Source of the DNA: Girardia tigrina
Taxonomy: Eukaryota
Assembly (NCBI GenBank): GCA_001938485.1
Contig: MQRK01252331.1
Coordinates: 40,403-92,381 of the forward strand
Direction of reading: 5' to 3'
Length of the DNA: 51,979 nucleotides
Of the stretch, positions 12,849 through 26,180 are shown in pieces. Both the position numbers and the translations under genes were made by a program. Every line of letters begins with the position of its first letter. Within the stretch, counting starts at the first letter, position 1. The notes beneath the pieces were generated by a model. The model had not been told where the DNA came from and did not search any database. It was given only the letters and a program-made list of their open reading frames with translations.

Positions 12849-13499
12849 TATAAATGAAATGTTTATATTATTATTAATAATAAAAATTTCCAAATTTATA
12901 CTTAATTGATTTTTTGAAAAAAATAGTAAATAAATGATATAAATCGTCATTTATCAATTGAATTAATGTGTTATTAGTATTGTCATAAAGATTCTCACGG
13001 AATTCCTTGTAGGATTTATCCAAATCGCATTCTTCGACATCGGCATTGATCGAACAGTCTGTTGACCAGTACGTTTTTCGTTCGATTTCTTAGGCTTCTC
13101 AGCAAATATCGACAGATGCACCACACTGAGAGAACCGTCTCAATATGAGCTATCCATATTGACCACGTTATTAAGTGAATTTACACTTGTTCCTTCGCCA
13201 TTTCGATTTTTAATAATAGTATGCATTGACCTTTACGGACATACATACAAACATACAGACTCGCCATATTATTATATAGATAATATATTACCAAAGTTCA
13301 TTTTGTGGCTAGTCTATACTTCATCTGTTTCTCAGATTTTATTCGATTGAAAATCTTTTGCTAAAAAATTTTTTCAACACCCTCTGAGATTACCAAATAT
13401 AAACTTTAATCTTCAATTTATTTTAGTTCTTAGCACTGTCTGGAGATGAAATTTTTCAAATGCATATAAAAAATCTTAACATCGGAAAAATCCTTCCAT

Positions 13500-14604
13500 A
13501 CATTTAATTGGTAACATTTATAAAACCATAAGACTATTAATAACTTTTTTCTTCATTTCCATTTTAAAATCTTTAAGTTGCTGAATCGTTTCTGGTTTTC
13601 TCTTATAGACTTCATTCTTCAAATACTCCAACACAAAAAATCGAGTGGTGTTAAATCAGGTGACCTATGGAGCACATCGTCCCAGCCAACGTTGTGGAAA
13701 CGCTTCATCCTGAAATTGTCGCACAATCAGTGAATAACAGGCAGGTGATCCATCTTGCTGGAACAAAGCTTTCCGTTTGCTTGATAACGATGGTATAAAG
13801 CAACTTTTTAACATATCCATGTAAAGAGCCGTTGTTATGTTTCGTTCAATAAAAAAAACCCATAAACACGAGTTGAAGACAACCCCATCCAAACATTAAC
13901 TTTTTGCACTAGCCTGTGACCTCTGATATGTTTCGGTTGGTGTTTCAGTGCCCCAAATGCGACAGTTTATGCCTATTTACAATGCAGTTAAGATGGAAAG
14001 TTGACTCATCAGAGAATATCAGGTTATTAAGAAAATTTTCATCTGCATCTATCGATTAAATTAACGTTTCACACATAACACGTCTAAGAGCGCAATCTTC
14101 TTCATACAAAAGTTGCATGGCTTGAATTATGCAGGGGAACATTGTTAAGTCGTTTCGTCATACTTTTTGAACAGTTCCATAAGAGCAATTCAGAGTTGAC
14201 AACGATTTCCTGATAGAATAATGGGGTTCTTGTTTTAAATGTTCTGCTATCTCATTTGTCTTTTCGTCATCAATTGGTGGTCTTCCAGATTTTGGGGAAT
14301 GTAGAACGCTTCAAATACTTTTTTCGGTTGGAATATTTTTCTATTTAAGTCGTTGAAGTTTTCTTCTTACCAAAGTCACTGACTCATGCTTCGCAAATAA
14401 AATAACAATTTTTACTCGCTGATTTACATCCATTTTGAATCTTACGTTTTAAACAATAACAACAATTAATACATTTAAACAAAATGTACTTTTAATTAAA
14501 TTTTAAAGAATAAGCTTCAAAATACCTTTATAATTAAAAAGAAATACAATATAATTCAAAAGTTATTGCAGTTTAAAACCCGGTAGTTTTTTATGAAAAT
14601 CCTG
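13500..14604 (-). mobile_element. Decayed Tc1/mariner-superfamily element, DD41D (rosa/Visitor)-like
   Basis: FSDE, FQQDGSPACY...FPQRWLGR and SPDLTPLDF-like motifs on the minus strand. Terminus ...GAAAATCCTG|TA at 14604. The other end was not resolved. Confidence 0.85.
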
Positions 14605-15445
14605 TATTTTATAAATCTGAAACTCGTATAAATAAAAATACGTATAATATTAATATTATATTTTATTTTAATTTTATAAATTTTGCATTTCATAATTTTT
14701 ATCAATTTTAATGCACGATGTCATTATCAAATACATAATCTCTTCGGGAAATTTTATTAATTAACAAAAATCTTTATTATGCCGTTAAATTATAATAGAA
14801 TTATTTATTCGTTTCGTTTAATTTTATTAATTTTTAAAATTTCTTTTACATTCTATATATAATAAAAAATATATCTACATTTTAATTTGTTTATTTTGAT
14901 TTTTTATTATTTTTAATTTTTAATTTTTTATAATATTTCATAATTCCTAACAACATTTATATACGAAAATTTAATAATCTGATAAAATTTAAATTTAAAA
15001 GTAATAATTTATCGTAATTTCTATTATAAGTAATTTTTTTCAAAAATTAAAATAAAAATGTTTAATGTTTTAGACATTTGAATAATTTTTGTTGATAATT
15101 AAAAATGATAGGAAAATATTTGAAAGAAGGTTAAATTAAATATGTACGAATTAAAATTTTTATATAATTAAATGTGTAACGTTTGAAAAAATAAATTACT
15201 AAAATTAAGAAAATCTAATTAAATTGATAATAATAAAAATTTTATGAGAGTTGATTTTTAAAAAAGTAATAAAATTAAATGAAACGATTAAATATTTTAA
15301 AATGTTATTGTAATTTAAAATTTATTTATAAAAGTAATGAAAAAAATCAAATATGAATATTTATAAGTATTTTTATTTATATCGGTTTAAGATTTATAAA
15401 ACAAATTGTTTCTCAAAAAAAATAATAAGTTTGTTTAAATATTAG

Positions 15446-15853
15446 TGTAAGGAATATTTTGAATGTTTGATGTTTTTTGTTTGAATGTGTATGTTGATTT
15501 GGAATTGTGTCTCTCCTACCCAGATGGATGATTAATATTGTAATTCTTATTTTTAATTTTAAATAATTTTAAAATTTTAATAAGTTAATTAATTTCTACA
15601 ATTTTTAATAAATAAATCAAATTAATATTTTTTAAATAATTAATAATCATTTTAATTATTATCCAATAAGTTTTGAGTAAATATTTTAATAAAATATTTA
15701 TTTCTCCATTTGCTAAAATATAATAAGAATTAATTTATTAATTAATTTAGTTTAGAATGCAATCGTACGAAAGCTTTGACAAAGATTGTCTTGTGGACAA
15801 TCAAAATTGTTGTGTAAATAAAAATATGAAAAATCAAATTGGTGTTCTTAATA
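15446..15853 (+). mobile_element. Solo LTR (copy 4)
   Basis: ATTAG|TGTAAGGAATATTT ... GTTCTTAATA|ATTAG: exact 5-bp TSD, TCTCCTACCCAGATGGA motif. Confidence 0.88.
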
Positions 15854-16080
15854 ATTAGATTTAAACATTTTTTGTGTGGTATAATAAAAGTTTTAATGTC
15901 TGAAATATCACATAGTAATAATTCCAACGATGTTCCAAGAACCTTTAATAATTTTAAAATTAGTTTAATTATATTTTATAGTTTTAATAAATATTTTAAA
16001 ATTGAAAGAATAACAAATTTTATTGAAAAATAGGAATTTTTGTTCGAATATTTATTATTAAAAATTCTGAAATAATACCA

Positions 16081-16183
16081 ATTAGAATAATAACAAATGG
16101 TGAAAGAACTTCCGAGAGTTGTGATGACTCTAAATGGAATAATAATAAATGTTTTCATAGTAATTGTGTCGGTGCTCTTAACC
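16081..16183 (+). mobile_element. 3' fragment of the same LTR family
   Basis: GAGAGTTGTGATGACTCTAAATG...AATAAA...GCTCTTAACC matches the 3' block of copies 2 and 7. Confidence 0.6.
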
Positions 16184-19100
16184 TTATTTAGTTCATTTTA
16201 TGTTTGATAAGTTGATCAAATAAATCTTGATTTATCATTGATTTTCATATTACAAAATCCAAACTCTTGAAGTTACTTAAATATCATTATAATAATTTTT
16301 CAAAATTCTTTCATAAATTATTCTCCATTTCCAAAAAACGTTTATAAATAAAGTTAAACTAATTTAACATTTAATATTGTAAATTTTCAAATTTAAAACG
16401 AGTGCTTCTTCTACAAAACATTTCAAGAAACACTCTATTTTTAGAGAAAATAATCATGAATGTCTTTAATTATTGTCTAATTAACCTTTGTTAATTTTTA
16501 ATTAACTTGTTTCTTGAATATTTAACTTGTTTCGAGAAACATTTATTTTGTTTCCTTACATCCCTAAAATATGTCTCATTTATTCATTGACACAAAATAA
16601 TGAAATCACAAGAAGAAAATCAAGTTATAACTAATTGAAGATTAACGTAAATTAAAAAAAAATAAATAAACTAATATTTAAAATTAAAAAAAATTAATTT
16701 TATGTTATTAAATATGTAAAATTAGGAATTTTGTCTCCTAAATAATTGTAGAGAAATTAGTAATTAGAAAGCGAAATTCATATAAATAAAAATCGTGTTG
16801 AAGTTATGAATGATTATGTTAAAAATTAGTCATAAATCTGCAAAACAAATATTTCTTTAGTGTTTTTAAAGCGTTTTATTATTTTTATTTGGACAAAATA
16901 ATACAAGAGAACCCCTTAATCCTGATGGAGATGTATAAGATGTCAAAAGATGTCATGGAATGATTTTTTGATTAATAAAATGTAGAAAGCGGATAATGAT
17001 ATGAATACTTTGAATCAGAAGGGCAGTCTGAATGTCGCCGATCTCTATCTTTTTTATAATCAATATTTTTTTAAAAATGGAAAGGCGGAAATTTAAACCA
17101 TTTTGAAATATGAGTTCCTATTTGGAAACTGAGCATAAAAAACATGTGAAACATCAATATTGTATTAAGATTTATTGCTACTATGTAGCAGACTGTACTG
17201 ATTTGTGCAAATTTTATTCGAATTACTGATTCTTTGAGTAAAAAGACCCTGTAAGCTTGAGGGTCATCGAATGTGTTATTCTTCAGATAACTTTTAGATT
17301 TCGACTTTTAGAAAATAAATCATTATTACTAAACATTATTAATATACATTACATAGAGTAAAATATAAAGATAATTATCAAACAATAAGCAATGAAAATA
17401 AATCTTCATCCATAAACTTAAGCAGTTCAGAATATGAATTATTTGAAAACAGTTCTCTTTGAACATCGTTTTTTTAAAATATATGATAATCGATTCATTT
17501 TTGGAAACTTTTCTCATGACCCTGAACCAACGACACAGGAAAGTTATAAAGGCACTTGTTCGGATCACTAGAAATGATTGTAAAGGGTTTGTAGATAGAC
17601 TGATACTTGTGTATATGAAAGATATGAGATGAAGAACAATGTTTTTCAATTTGGGATTTTTTACATTATTTGTAAGCTTAAGTATAAAAAGTCTTTAATT
17701 TACAATAACATGATCAATAATAAATGTTTAAAAAAAGATTTATTGTTAAAGTATTACCAAATTTTTGAAGATTTCTATTGAATATTTTTTTATAATAAAG
17801 GTAAAATATTATTAAGCAAATAATATAACAAATGAGTAAATGAGTTCAATTACTTTGGAAAGCTCAAAGTTAGACAAAACTTAATGAGTAACAAAACATA
17901 ATTCCGTATTATCCATTTATATATTTTGAAAAATGCAAACTTGATTTGCATTATTTTCAGACCTTAATCGTAGTCAAACATTATTTTTTTCTATTTTTGT
18001 AAAAATGTAAATCATTTTAATTTTTTATTTATTTTTTTGGGAATTTTAATCATACTTAAATATAAATTCAAATTTATATATAATTTCGAATATATATAGT
18101 ATTTTTCGAATAATTTAAAATAGTTTTAAAATTATATTTTTAATACTTAGAAAACTTTTATAAAGCTTTAAAAAGCAATTAATAAATTATTAAACTGATG
18201 AAATGAATAAAATGTTTTATAAAACATATAGTTAAACATAAACACTCTTTCACGACCACTAATAAAGAGTAGGACCACAAATGTATTGAGAATACAATTT
18301 GAACAGGAAATTCGTATGTATATCAAATAGTTGTATTTATTACGAATCTTACTTTTTTGTGTAATTATTTAATAAATAAATTGAATGCCCAATATTATAT
18401 AATTATAATATTTGTGTTTTTTTGAAAAAAAATATTTTATATTCATGCAACATTTTGAGTAATATAATTCATTAGAAATTTTATAAAGTAACTTGTTTGA
18501 ACCAAAATACATATTCGTTTTAAAATATGCAGTGAAAATGTTTATATATTACTTCAAGTTAGACAATTTTATCAGAAAATATTTAATTTGATAATTTTTT
18601 TAATTATAAAAAATTTAGAAAGACGATAATCGAAGAATATTCTCCAAAAGTGCCTGGAATTATTTATAATATTCATGACATAGTATTTAATTGAAATATT
18701 TTTTTTAATATTTAACGATAATATTTATTGTTTACTCACTTATTTTCTTAAGAGCTCATCTTGTATTACTTTGTTTGAACGTGTATTATTTATATCTAAG
18801 CTAAAAGAAAACACAGAAAAAACTTCCAAAGTAATTCTATAGATTTTTTAAAATTTAAGATGTATTTCTCAGTATCAAAAAGAATGATGAAAGAAATAAA
18901 TACAAAAAAGCGTAATAAGTGTCATACTAGTGAAATAATATTTCAATAATACTAAAAAACGTATTCCGAATTGTAATCATAAGAATAATAATCTTTATTA
19001 GTTTGAGTAGAAATGGAAATCAAGGTATCCAAATAGATGCTCTTGGATAGCAACTTAAGCGCGTCTAGACAAGTTCTCGTGAAACAATTATTAATATCAA

Positions 19101-19602
19101 CTGTTAAAAGCATCATGATGACCCTGAATAATCTAATAAATTTGTTATAAATGTCGTTTCAAGCCGTACCGATATCTGCAGCAAGTCTCCAAAGTCGCCT
19201 TTACTATTGGCACAATGTAGATAATGAAAAGGAAGATAATATGATCAGTATATTCGGTAAAAGGATTGGATTTAGAGATCGCGTATGATGACCTTTATTG
19301 AGAAGTTAATTGGATGAAATCTGAGCTTTCATCGGTAAACAGCGGGATAAAGGGATAATATTGCCAGTATTACTTTAAAAGTTTCTTCTTTTTGACGCTT
19401 TTCCAATTGGTTGACGGACAAATTTAGTTAGAAGGCTTATTCTTTCGGAAATTATCATTGTACTTATACAATAAGTGATCAACCTAGAACTGATAGGAAT
19501 AAGAAGAATTTGATAGTCCAAACGTTAATTATAAATATAAAAGATTCGGTGATTAAATATTTATTAAAAAATTATTAATTTAAATTATTATTTTTAATTT
19601 AG

Positions 19603-19690
19603 AAACTTATCTTGGAAATAGTACAAATGATGTCTGCTACCATTGCTCGAGACTCGGAGGAACTTGTTTTTCTGAAGAAGCTTTAAAATC
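19603..19690 (+). CDS. Host gene internal exon B, first half of EGF-like module
   Basis: tttttaatttag| ... |gtaagg; 88 bp, phase 1-2; (K)TYLGNSTNDVCYHCSRLGGTCFSEEALK(S). In frame with exon A. Confidence 0.82.
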
Positions 19691-21594
19691 GTAAGGTTTT
19701 AATTTATTTTAATAAAAATAAAAATATTATTTTGATTTAAATATAAAAATTGTAAATAAAAAGAAAATTGTTTCTATCTGTTTAGTTAAAAGAAAATTCC
19801 CAAAACAAGAAAACGAAAATAATGAAAAATATTTTATAAACATAAATCAATGGAAAAAATTATTTATGATTTTTTAGTCATTCGTAATTAAAAAAAATGA
19901 AATTCATTTTTAGTTTTCATTAAAATTAATTTTATAATTTAAGAGTCATAAATAATTTTCAAGAACATTTTTTTTCTTATAAAGTTAATTAATTATTTGA
20001 TATAAATTATTTTAATAATTATTTTAAATAATTAATTTACTTTTGAAAAGAATCTCAAAAATGTAATTTCAATTAAAAATAAATTACATTTCTTCTGTAA
20101 ATAATATTTTCAATTTTCTCAATTAATTTATTGCCATTATTTAAAATAAAAATAAAATCAAAACTCATTAGAAATTGTTTAAACAAATGTTTAATAATAT
20201 AAATTTTATTTTATTTTTCAATTAAATTTTTTGTTTTAATGACGTTTTTTAATTTAGACTTATTTTGATAATAAATTAAAAATTGAAACACTTGATTGAC
20301 AGGAAAAGAAAAATTATTTGTCTCACTTCTTTAAAATTTTCCCATGACTTATTTATTTTTATATTTTATAAATAAAATAATAAATTAAATTATTAAAATA
20401 AATTTGGGAAGATACTTTTCACAAAAAAAGGAAAACAATATTTTTGCAACACCATTTTCTTCTGCTTTTTAATAAAATCCATTCATAATTTATTCATAAA
20501 ATATTGATTTGTGAAAATATTACAAACGGTTCTTTTGAAGCAAAATATTAGATAATTTTAAGAATTTTTAACTTAAAGAAATATATATATATATATATAT
20601 ATATATGTGTAAAATAATTTTGTAAATGCTTTTTATGGAAATTGATGGAATTTCATTTTAGATCATCACCAATTATAATTTAATTTACCATTAAAAAATG
20701 TTAATTAATGAGAGATTTTCCAGTAAATATTTTACTTTTCAAGATTGTTATATGGATAGTAATTATTGGGTTCTTGCTCAAAAGACATTATCATGAACAC
20801 AAAAATTTTATTTCTATAACAATTTGATTTTTTTAAACAAATATTTTTGAGGAACTTTTGTACTTTCTTTTTTACACAACCAATATAAATAGAAATAGAT
20901 ATAAATAAAAATATTGTTAAAATATATTTTTTTACAAATTAAAATTCTATTTTTCTTTAATAAAAATTATAGTGAATTAAAATTTTGCCACAAAGATTTT
21001 GTTACGTCTTTTATTAATTTTTCAATTTTATGGTACATTTAAATTTTCCTATTTCTCAATTACATTTTCTAAAAAAAAGTCAATTAAATGGTTTTACAAT
21101 TATTTTTTAATTTCCAAAAAAATTATAACCACATTTTTAATTTACTTTGATTTAAAAGTTACCAAAATGGTTTAGTTCACTTTTATTTCGCAAATAAAAT
21201 ATCAAACTTAAATTACTTTTTATTTTATTTTAAATAAATATTTTCATCAAATTTGAAATTAACTTTTTTAACTTTATAATAAATCTTTACATAAATCTTT
21301 TAATAACCCTACCGTAAAATTTATTCTATTTCTTACTTAAATTAATTTTTTACATTAAATTCCTGAAAATTTTATTTTAACTTGTTTATAACAATATTTT
21401 ACGGAATGTAATTGTTTATTTAATAATTTGAATGCTTCAAAAATTTTATATTTTATGAACGCTCCCAACAGTAATGAAAAATATTTTATTAATTTTAATT
21501 AATATTTTATTTCAATAATATTTAAATTGTTGCACTGCCTTAGTAATAATGATTTACAGAACTGCTGCTCATAATGTCAATCAAAGCCCTTCTG

Positions 21595-22330
21595 TCAAAA
21601 AAGATCCGGAATCTGTAGATTCTGAATCATTTTTGACATTCTGACTGCTCGAAAGTTGTATAAGTCGGCCTTAACTTTCCTTCTCTCATTGTGCTGTTTC
21701 TTGGTTTTCTTGATTTTCGAGTATTTTTTTCCGTGGTTGTCTTGGCTTCTCTGTGGTGGTTTTTTTTCCTTTCCTCCATCCTTATTCTCCGGCTGTAACT
21801 GACTAGAGATGTGTGGTCTCAGCGCATTTGACTTGATTCTAATTTTTCTTATTGGTATGTCAAACGGAGGATTCTCTCTTCTTTTGATAAAATTTTCGAT
21901 AATTCTGCATGTGAAGGGGCCGCAGTCATAGTTGTTGGTCTGCTGTTCACATGTACTGTATTTTATCGGGAGATTTATATTGAAGAGGTTATTATTCATG
22001 TCCGTGGCTGTTCTGTTGAGAGCATTTATAAATTGGGTAATTAGTGTTGTTATTTGCTTCTTACTGGGGCAGTCAACTAGTGAGTAGAAGATAAACACGT
22101 AGCTTCTAGTGCAGCACTTAGTAAACCAATGCGTTTTATTATAGTTGACTGGTGCAATGAAGTATTGTATCTTGTCTATGTTGAACCCACGTGGCACATA
22201 GGACAAGTCTTCTTCCCCCTCATAGACTCTGGTAATTGCCCAGCTCGTCGTCAGGAAAATATTGTTTTACTTTTCAAATGTGTCTAGGTAAGTTGAGATA
22301 TCTAGATCATCGAAACAGTATCTTGGATCA
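21595..22330 (-). pseudogene. Ulp1/SENP-like (peptidase C48) cysteine protease domain, transposon-borne, disrupted
   Basis: APVNYNKTHWF (His) and QQTNNYDCGPFTC (Gln/Cys) in ORF 21595-22206. Upstream frameshifted CFDDLDISTYL resembles the WLND..I..Y motif. The catalytic Asp position is degenerate (FYSL). No introns. Confidence 0.8.
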
Positions 22331-22599
22331 GGTTCTGGTGGCTTTTCCATAATCTCCGTGTTGTTTGATATTATGGTGCTAACCCGTCATTGTGCGTATT
22401 TCGAACATCTTAGCCTCTTGCCTCGAGGAGTTCTGATTAGTGAGATTTGAGAGATGTCAGAGCAGATTGTGCTGTTATTGTTCACTTGTGATTCGTCAGC
22501 ATCTTCAACATCACTAATTATCTCACTCCACTTCCACGTTTCCTGCTGAAGAGAAAAATGATCCTCGGTAACTAAAGATAGAGATCTAAAGATAGATAA

Positions 22600-23235
22600 A
22601 CCTTCGAATCTCTTGTGGAAAGCTTTGGTGATCTCTAGTCTTTTCTCGTTATCAGTAGTCTCTTTGAACAGCTCTAGAGATACTCTTGGAACACACTGTC
22701 AAAGGCTTTCTCAAAGTCAATAAAGATGACATACATATTGATGTCCTTATATCGCGCTTTCTCCTGAAAGTTTTTCAAGATACTTATAGCCAGTTTCTCT
22801 TCCCGGCCGGAATCCATACTATCACTAATCTAGTGTCGCTTCGGTGATCGGAGTGATTCGATTCGTAATGATTCTGGCTAGAATCTTTCCTTTTCTTTTT
22901 TTCCTTATTTTGATCTTTTTGGGAGCCTTTCCATTTGAGGAGAATCATAGATTTGGTCTCCCTCCAGCTTGATTGGAATGCCTCTAGTCCGTTTCATATA
23001 TTCCTAAACCACACCTCCAGTAGGGTTAGTATTTTATAGATTTCGGGGTCAGTCCTTAAGATCTCGTAGCTGTCCCACTCTTCAGCTGCTTCACTGCCTC
23101 TGATATTTCCTCTCGCATCGAGGAGAATCCAAATCATCGTTTTTCGGAGTGTCTCCAGCTACATCAGTCTGTTCATTCTGCTCCCATTGGGTCCTAAAAA
23201 GGTAATTGAAAAGGTGGCTCAGTTTCCCGTTCTCA
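22600..23235 (-). mobile_element. Decayed non-LTR RT fragment, RTE-like
   Basis: Manual translation across frameshifts: EEISEAVKQLKSG, GKILARIITNRI, YGFRPGR, FQEKARYKDINMYVIFIDFEKAFDSV. Confidence 0.8.
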
Positions 23236-23242
23236 GTAGGCT

Positions 23243-23362
23243 TCACTCAATATCAAATATACAAGTTTTTACACATATGACAATATGATCAGATTGAAAA
23301 AATATTGTCAAATCAAAATTTACAACATTCACACATTCATACAATTTAAAATATTCCTCACA
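23243..23362 (-). mobile_element. LTR family copy 5 (5' part, truncated at the LINE relic)
   Basis: Minus strand starts TGTGAGGAATATTTTAAATTGTATGAATG, as in copies 1 and 7. Confidence 0.6.
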
Positions 23363-23399
23363 ACATTCAAACTTTCGACATCTGATCAACTTACTAATT

Positions 23400-25397
23400 A
23401 ATCAGTCTAGACGAATGTCTTACCTCAATGTACTTTGACTACGTTTAAAAAATACTGTTGCTCGTTTATATTTGTAAATACTTATCTCGTTTCTTTGTAT
23501 ACAAAATATTTCAAGAACAATATTATTTAATTTTCAAAAAGAAGGTGCTCATCTCATTTCGAAAGAGATGTAATGCTAATGTTTACATATATTTTCTAAA
23601 TATCTGAAATGACTGAAAAGGATTTGAATTGCAACAATATTTACAAGATCTGATCCCTATGGATTTTTTAGAATACTTAAATGCTCATACATATAAAATA
23701 ATTTCAGAGTTACATTAGGGATATGAAATGGCTCCACACGATAACTACTTCTCATAATTGAAACTGTCATCCATTCTACTCATGATCCTTGGCATCGATT
23801 CCATGTCCATAAAAGTCCTCAAGTCAAATATCTGAAATAAGTTAAGGAAATATATGTTTTTTATCTGAAGGATAACATTTCTCGTATTTTATGTAAAACA
23901 AAGTTTTGTAATCCTTTTTAAATCTCTACCATGTTTGGGATAGTGGATATGTATTTAATTTATTCTTTGTCGTTGTACATTTTTCAAAACTTTCATTCAA
24001 ATTTCAAAATATATTATAATAGAAAATGGTATAATCTCGATTTTGATATATTATAATATGTATTGTGACAATAATAACAATCAACAACAAAACAATAATC
24101 ATTTTCAGAGAGGCAGCTCAATATAATACATTCAATACAGATCAGTTCTTAATAACATCCTCTTGAATCTTTAGTTAATTGTTTCAGTTATTCTCTCTAT
24201 TTCTTGTGAGGATAATTTACTCGAAATTGAGATATTGTGTTTATAGTAATCTTTCATTTCAGCAAAACTTAGAATCTGTGATTTATTATTGATGTTACAT
24301 CGATATTAAATACGAAAGCAAGATTGCGATTGATCAGAACAAACTTACGGATCATAAAGCGAGCAATCTCACATCATATAGACAAAGAAACGTCGGTTAA
24401 TCTTACTATAATTAATATATTAAAAGTATATATTTTAATTGACAAAAAAACACATCAATCTACTATAGTTATTTATTTAACTTAGTTTACTTAAAATGAC
24501 GGAATTCAAAACTTTTACCGATTTAAATTATATAATGTAACAATGTATTTTTAGGGCGTTGTTGTTTACATGACAATTAAATCTGAATATTAAAATTTCT
24601 TCACATAAAAATGGCAAGAAATGATATTAAAGTTTGTGATACCCATCGATTATTGCCCAATATATGTGGCGATGCAAATGTGACTAGTGCAACGAGGGTA
24701 CTGCATTTTGCATGGGCGTTTACTACTGGCTTTCGAACAACATTTATATTTATCTACCCTTGAGATCCCAGATGAAACTGAAATATACAGGAGTTCATTT
24801 CAACGTATTTTCATTAATAATCTAAGATTAATGTCTTTGCCAGATGAGTTTTTTTATTTACTTACAGTTGCAATGAAACGACCTGAAAAAGAAACATCTA
24901 AAATTATATTGAGAAATATAAAGGAAAGCTTCGTGATAATTGAAAAAAATATCTTTATAAGAAATGTAGGTGAATTCCAGTGATACCACAGATAGTCGAG
25001 AGGTTTCACACTGTTAAATGTGACATTAAATTAAATATTACTGTTGTAATGACTTCTGAACGTTTGAAGGTAGTTTTGGAATCCGGGGAAACTTGTGATA
25101 CATTTCATATAAAAACTGATACATTTAATGAAAAGTCAACGACAAGATGACTTAGTTATAATTTATGAAAACGCATGGCTTCATAGATAAAGACAAATGA
25201 ATCGAATTCGATATGGAACGAACATTATTTGTGTCTTTCAACCACTATATTTTCCCAATAGAAACCTCCTAAATCGATTTACCTTCCGAAACATGGACGA
25301 TGCATGGAACATACAAGGGCTTGTAACTTTCCTAATGGTTTATTTTATACCATTCACTGACAAATACTCGTCTACGTACCCCTCCCCTATTCTATAA
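23400..25397 (+). pseudogene. Unclassified intronless coding-like relic(s)
   Basis: Raised GC; successive + strand frames from ATG 24611 (MARNDIKVCDTHRLLP...) through ORFs 24687-24983 and 25197-25397. No motif recognised. Confidence 0.3.
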
Positions 25398-25780
25398 ATA
25401 ATTATATTTTATTTGTTTTATCATAGGGACTAATGCAAGAACATTATTCATTAATTCAATAAAAGTCACAAATATCTCATTCTTAACATGAAACCATTAG
25501 AAAGAATGAATTGAAACATTCAAAAACTATAACTAAGTAGTCTATATCAAATTCATAAATTTCCAGAATTCTAATTTGATGTAAATACAAATAATACAAG
25601 TTAAAAGTAAAAAAACAATTTATCATTTGCATAAAGAAATATCATATTTAAAAACCCTATATTTTACTTGATTAAAAACAATTAAATCGAATTTTATACA
25701 ATTGAAGTCATAGATGTTCATCCTCTAAGAATGCTTCCACGAAGTCTTGACCCAAACCACAAACAGAACATTTTTGGATG

Positions 25781-26180
25781 TGTGAGGAATATTTGGTGTG
25801 TGGATGTTTTTGTGTGTGTTTGCATATTTGAATGTGTATGTTGATTTGGGATTGTGCCTCTCCTACCCAGATGGATGATCAATATTGTAATATTTATTAT
25901 GTGAAACTAATTTATTCGAGTTTAGATTTAATTTTAACTTTTTAATTTATTATGATTGTAGTTTTTAAATGATAATAAAAAGTATTTTTGTTTTAATCAG
26001 TGACTTTTAAAGTTAATATTTAAAATAAAATATATAGTTTCAAGTTAGTCCAGATTGGGATGAGAAGTAATTAACATTGAGTGATGGATATAAGTGAGAG
26101 CAATACTACTGATCGTCATAGAGATGATCAAAATTGTGAATGTAATAAATGTTCTGTCAAATGTGTGAGTTCTCTTAACA
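25781..26180 (+). mobile_element. Complete LTR (copy 6), flanks do not form a TSD
   Basis: TGTGAGGAATATTT ... TCTCTTAACA; closely similar to the reverse complement of 50929-51393; flanks GGATG versus TGGTA. Confidence 0.85.

Larger units (their letters stand above)
11803..13280 (-). mobile_element. Non-autonomous Helitron-like element
   Basis: Minus strand reads A|TC...CTAG|T with no TSD. A degenerate GC-rich hairpin (CCCGTCGTGTATAACGCG) lies next to CTAG and a (CATA)n-like tract lies near the TC end. The internal core 12850-13200 is shared with 27840-28540 and 49080-49420. Confidence 0.65.

Noticed and set aside
18192-18235. CTGATGA hammerhead-like start
   Set aside because: The GAAA box is absent (AAAA) and the pairing is only AT-rich noise.
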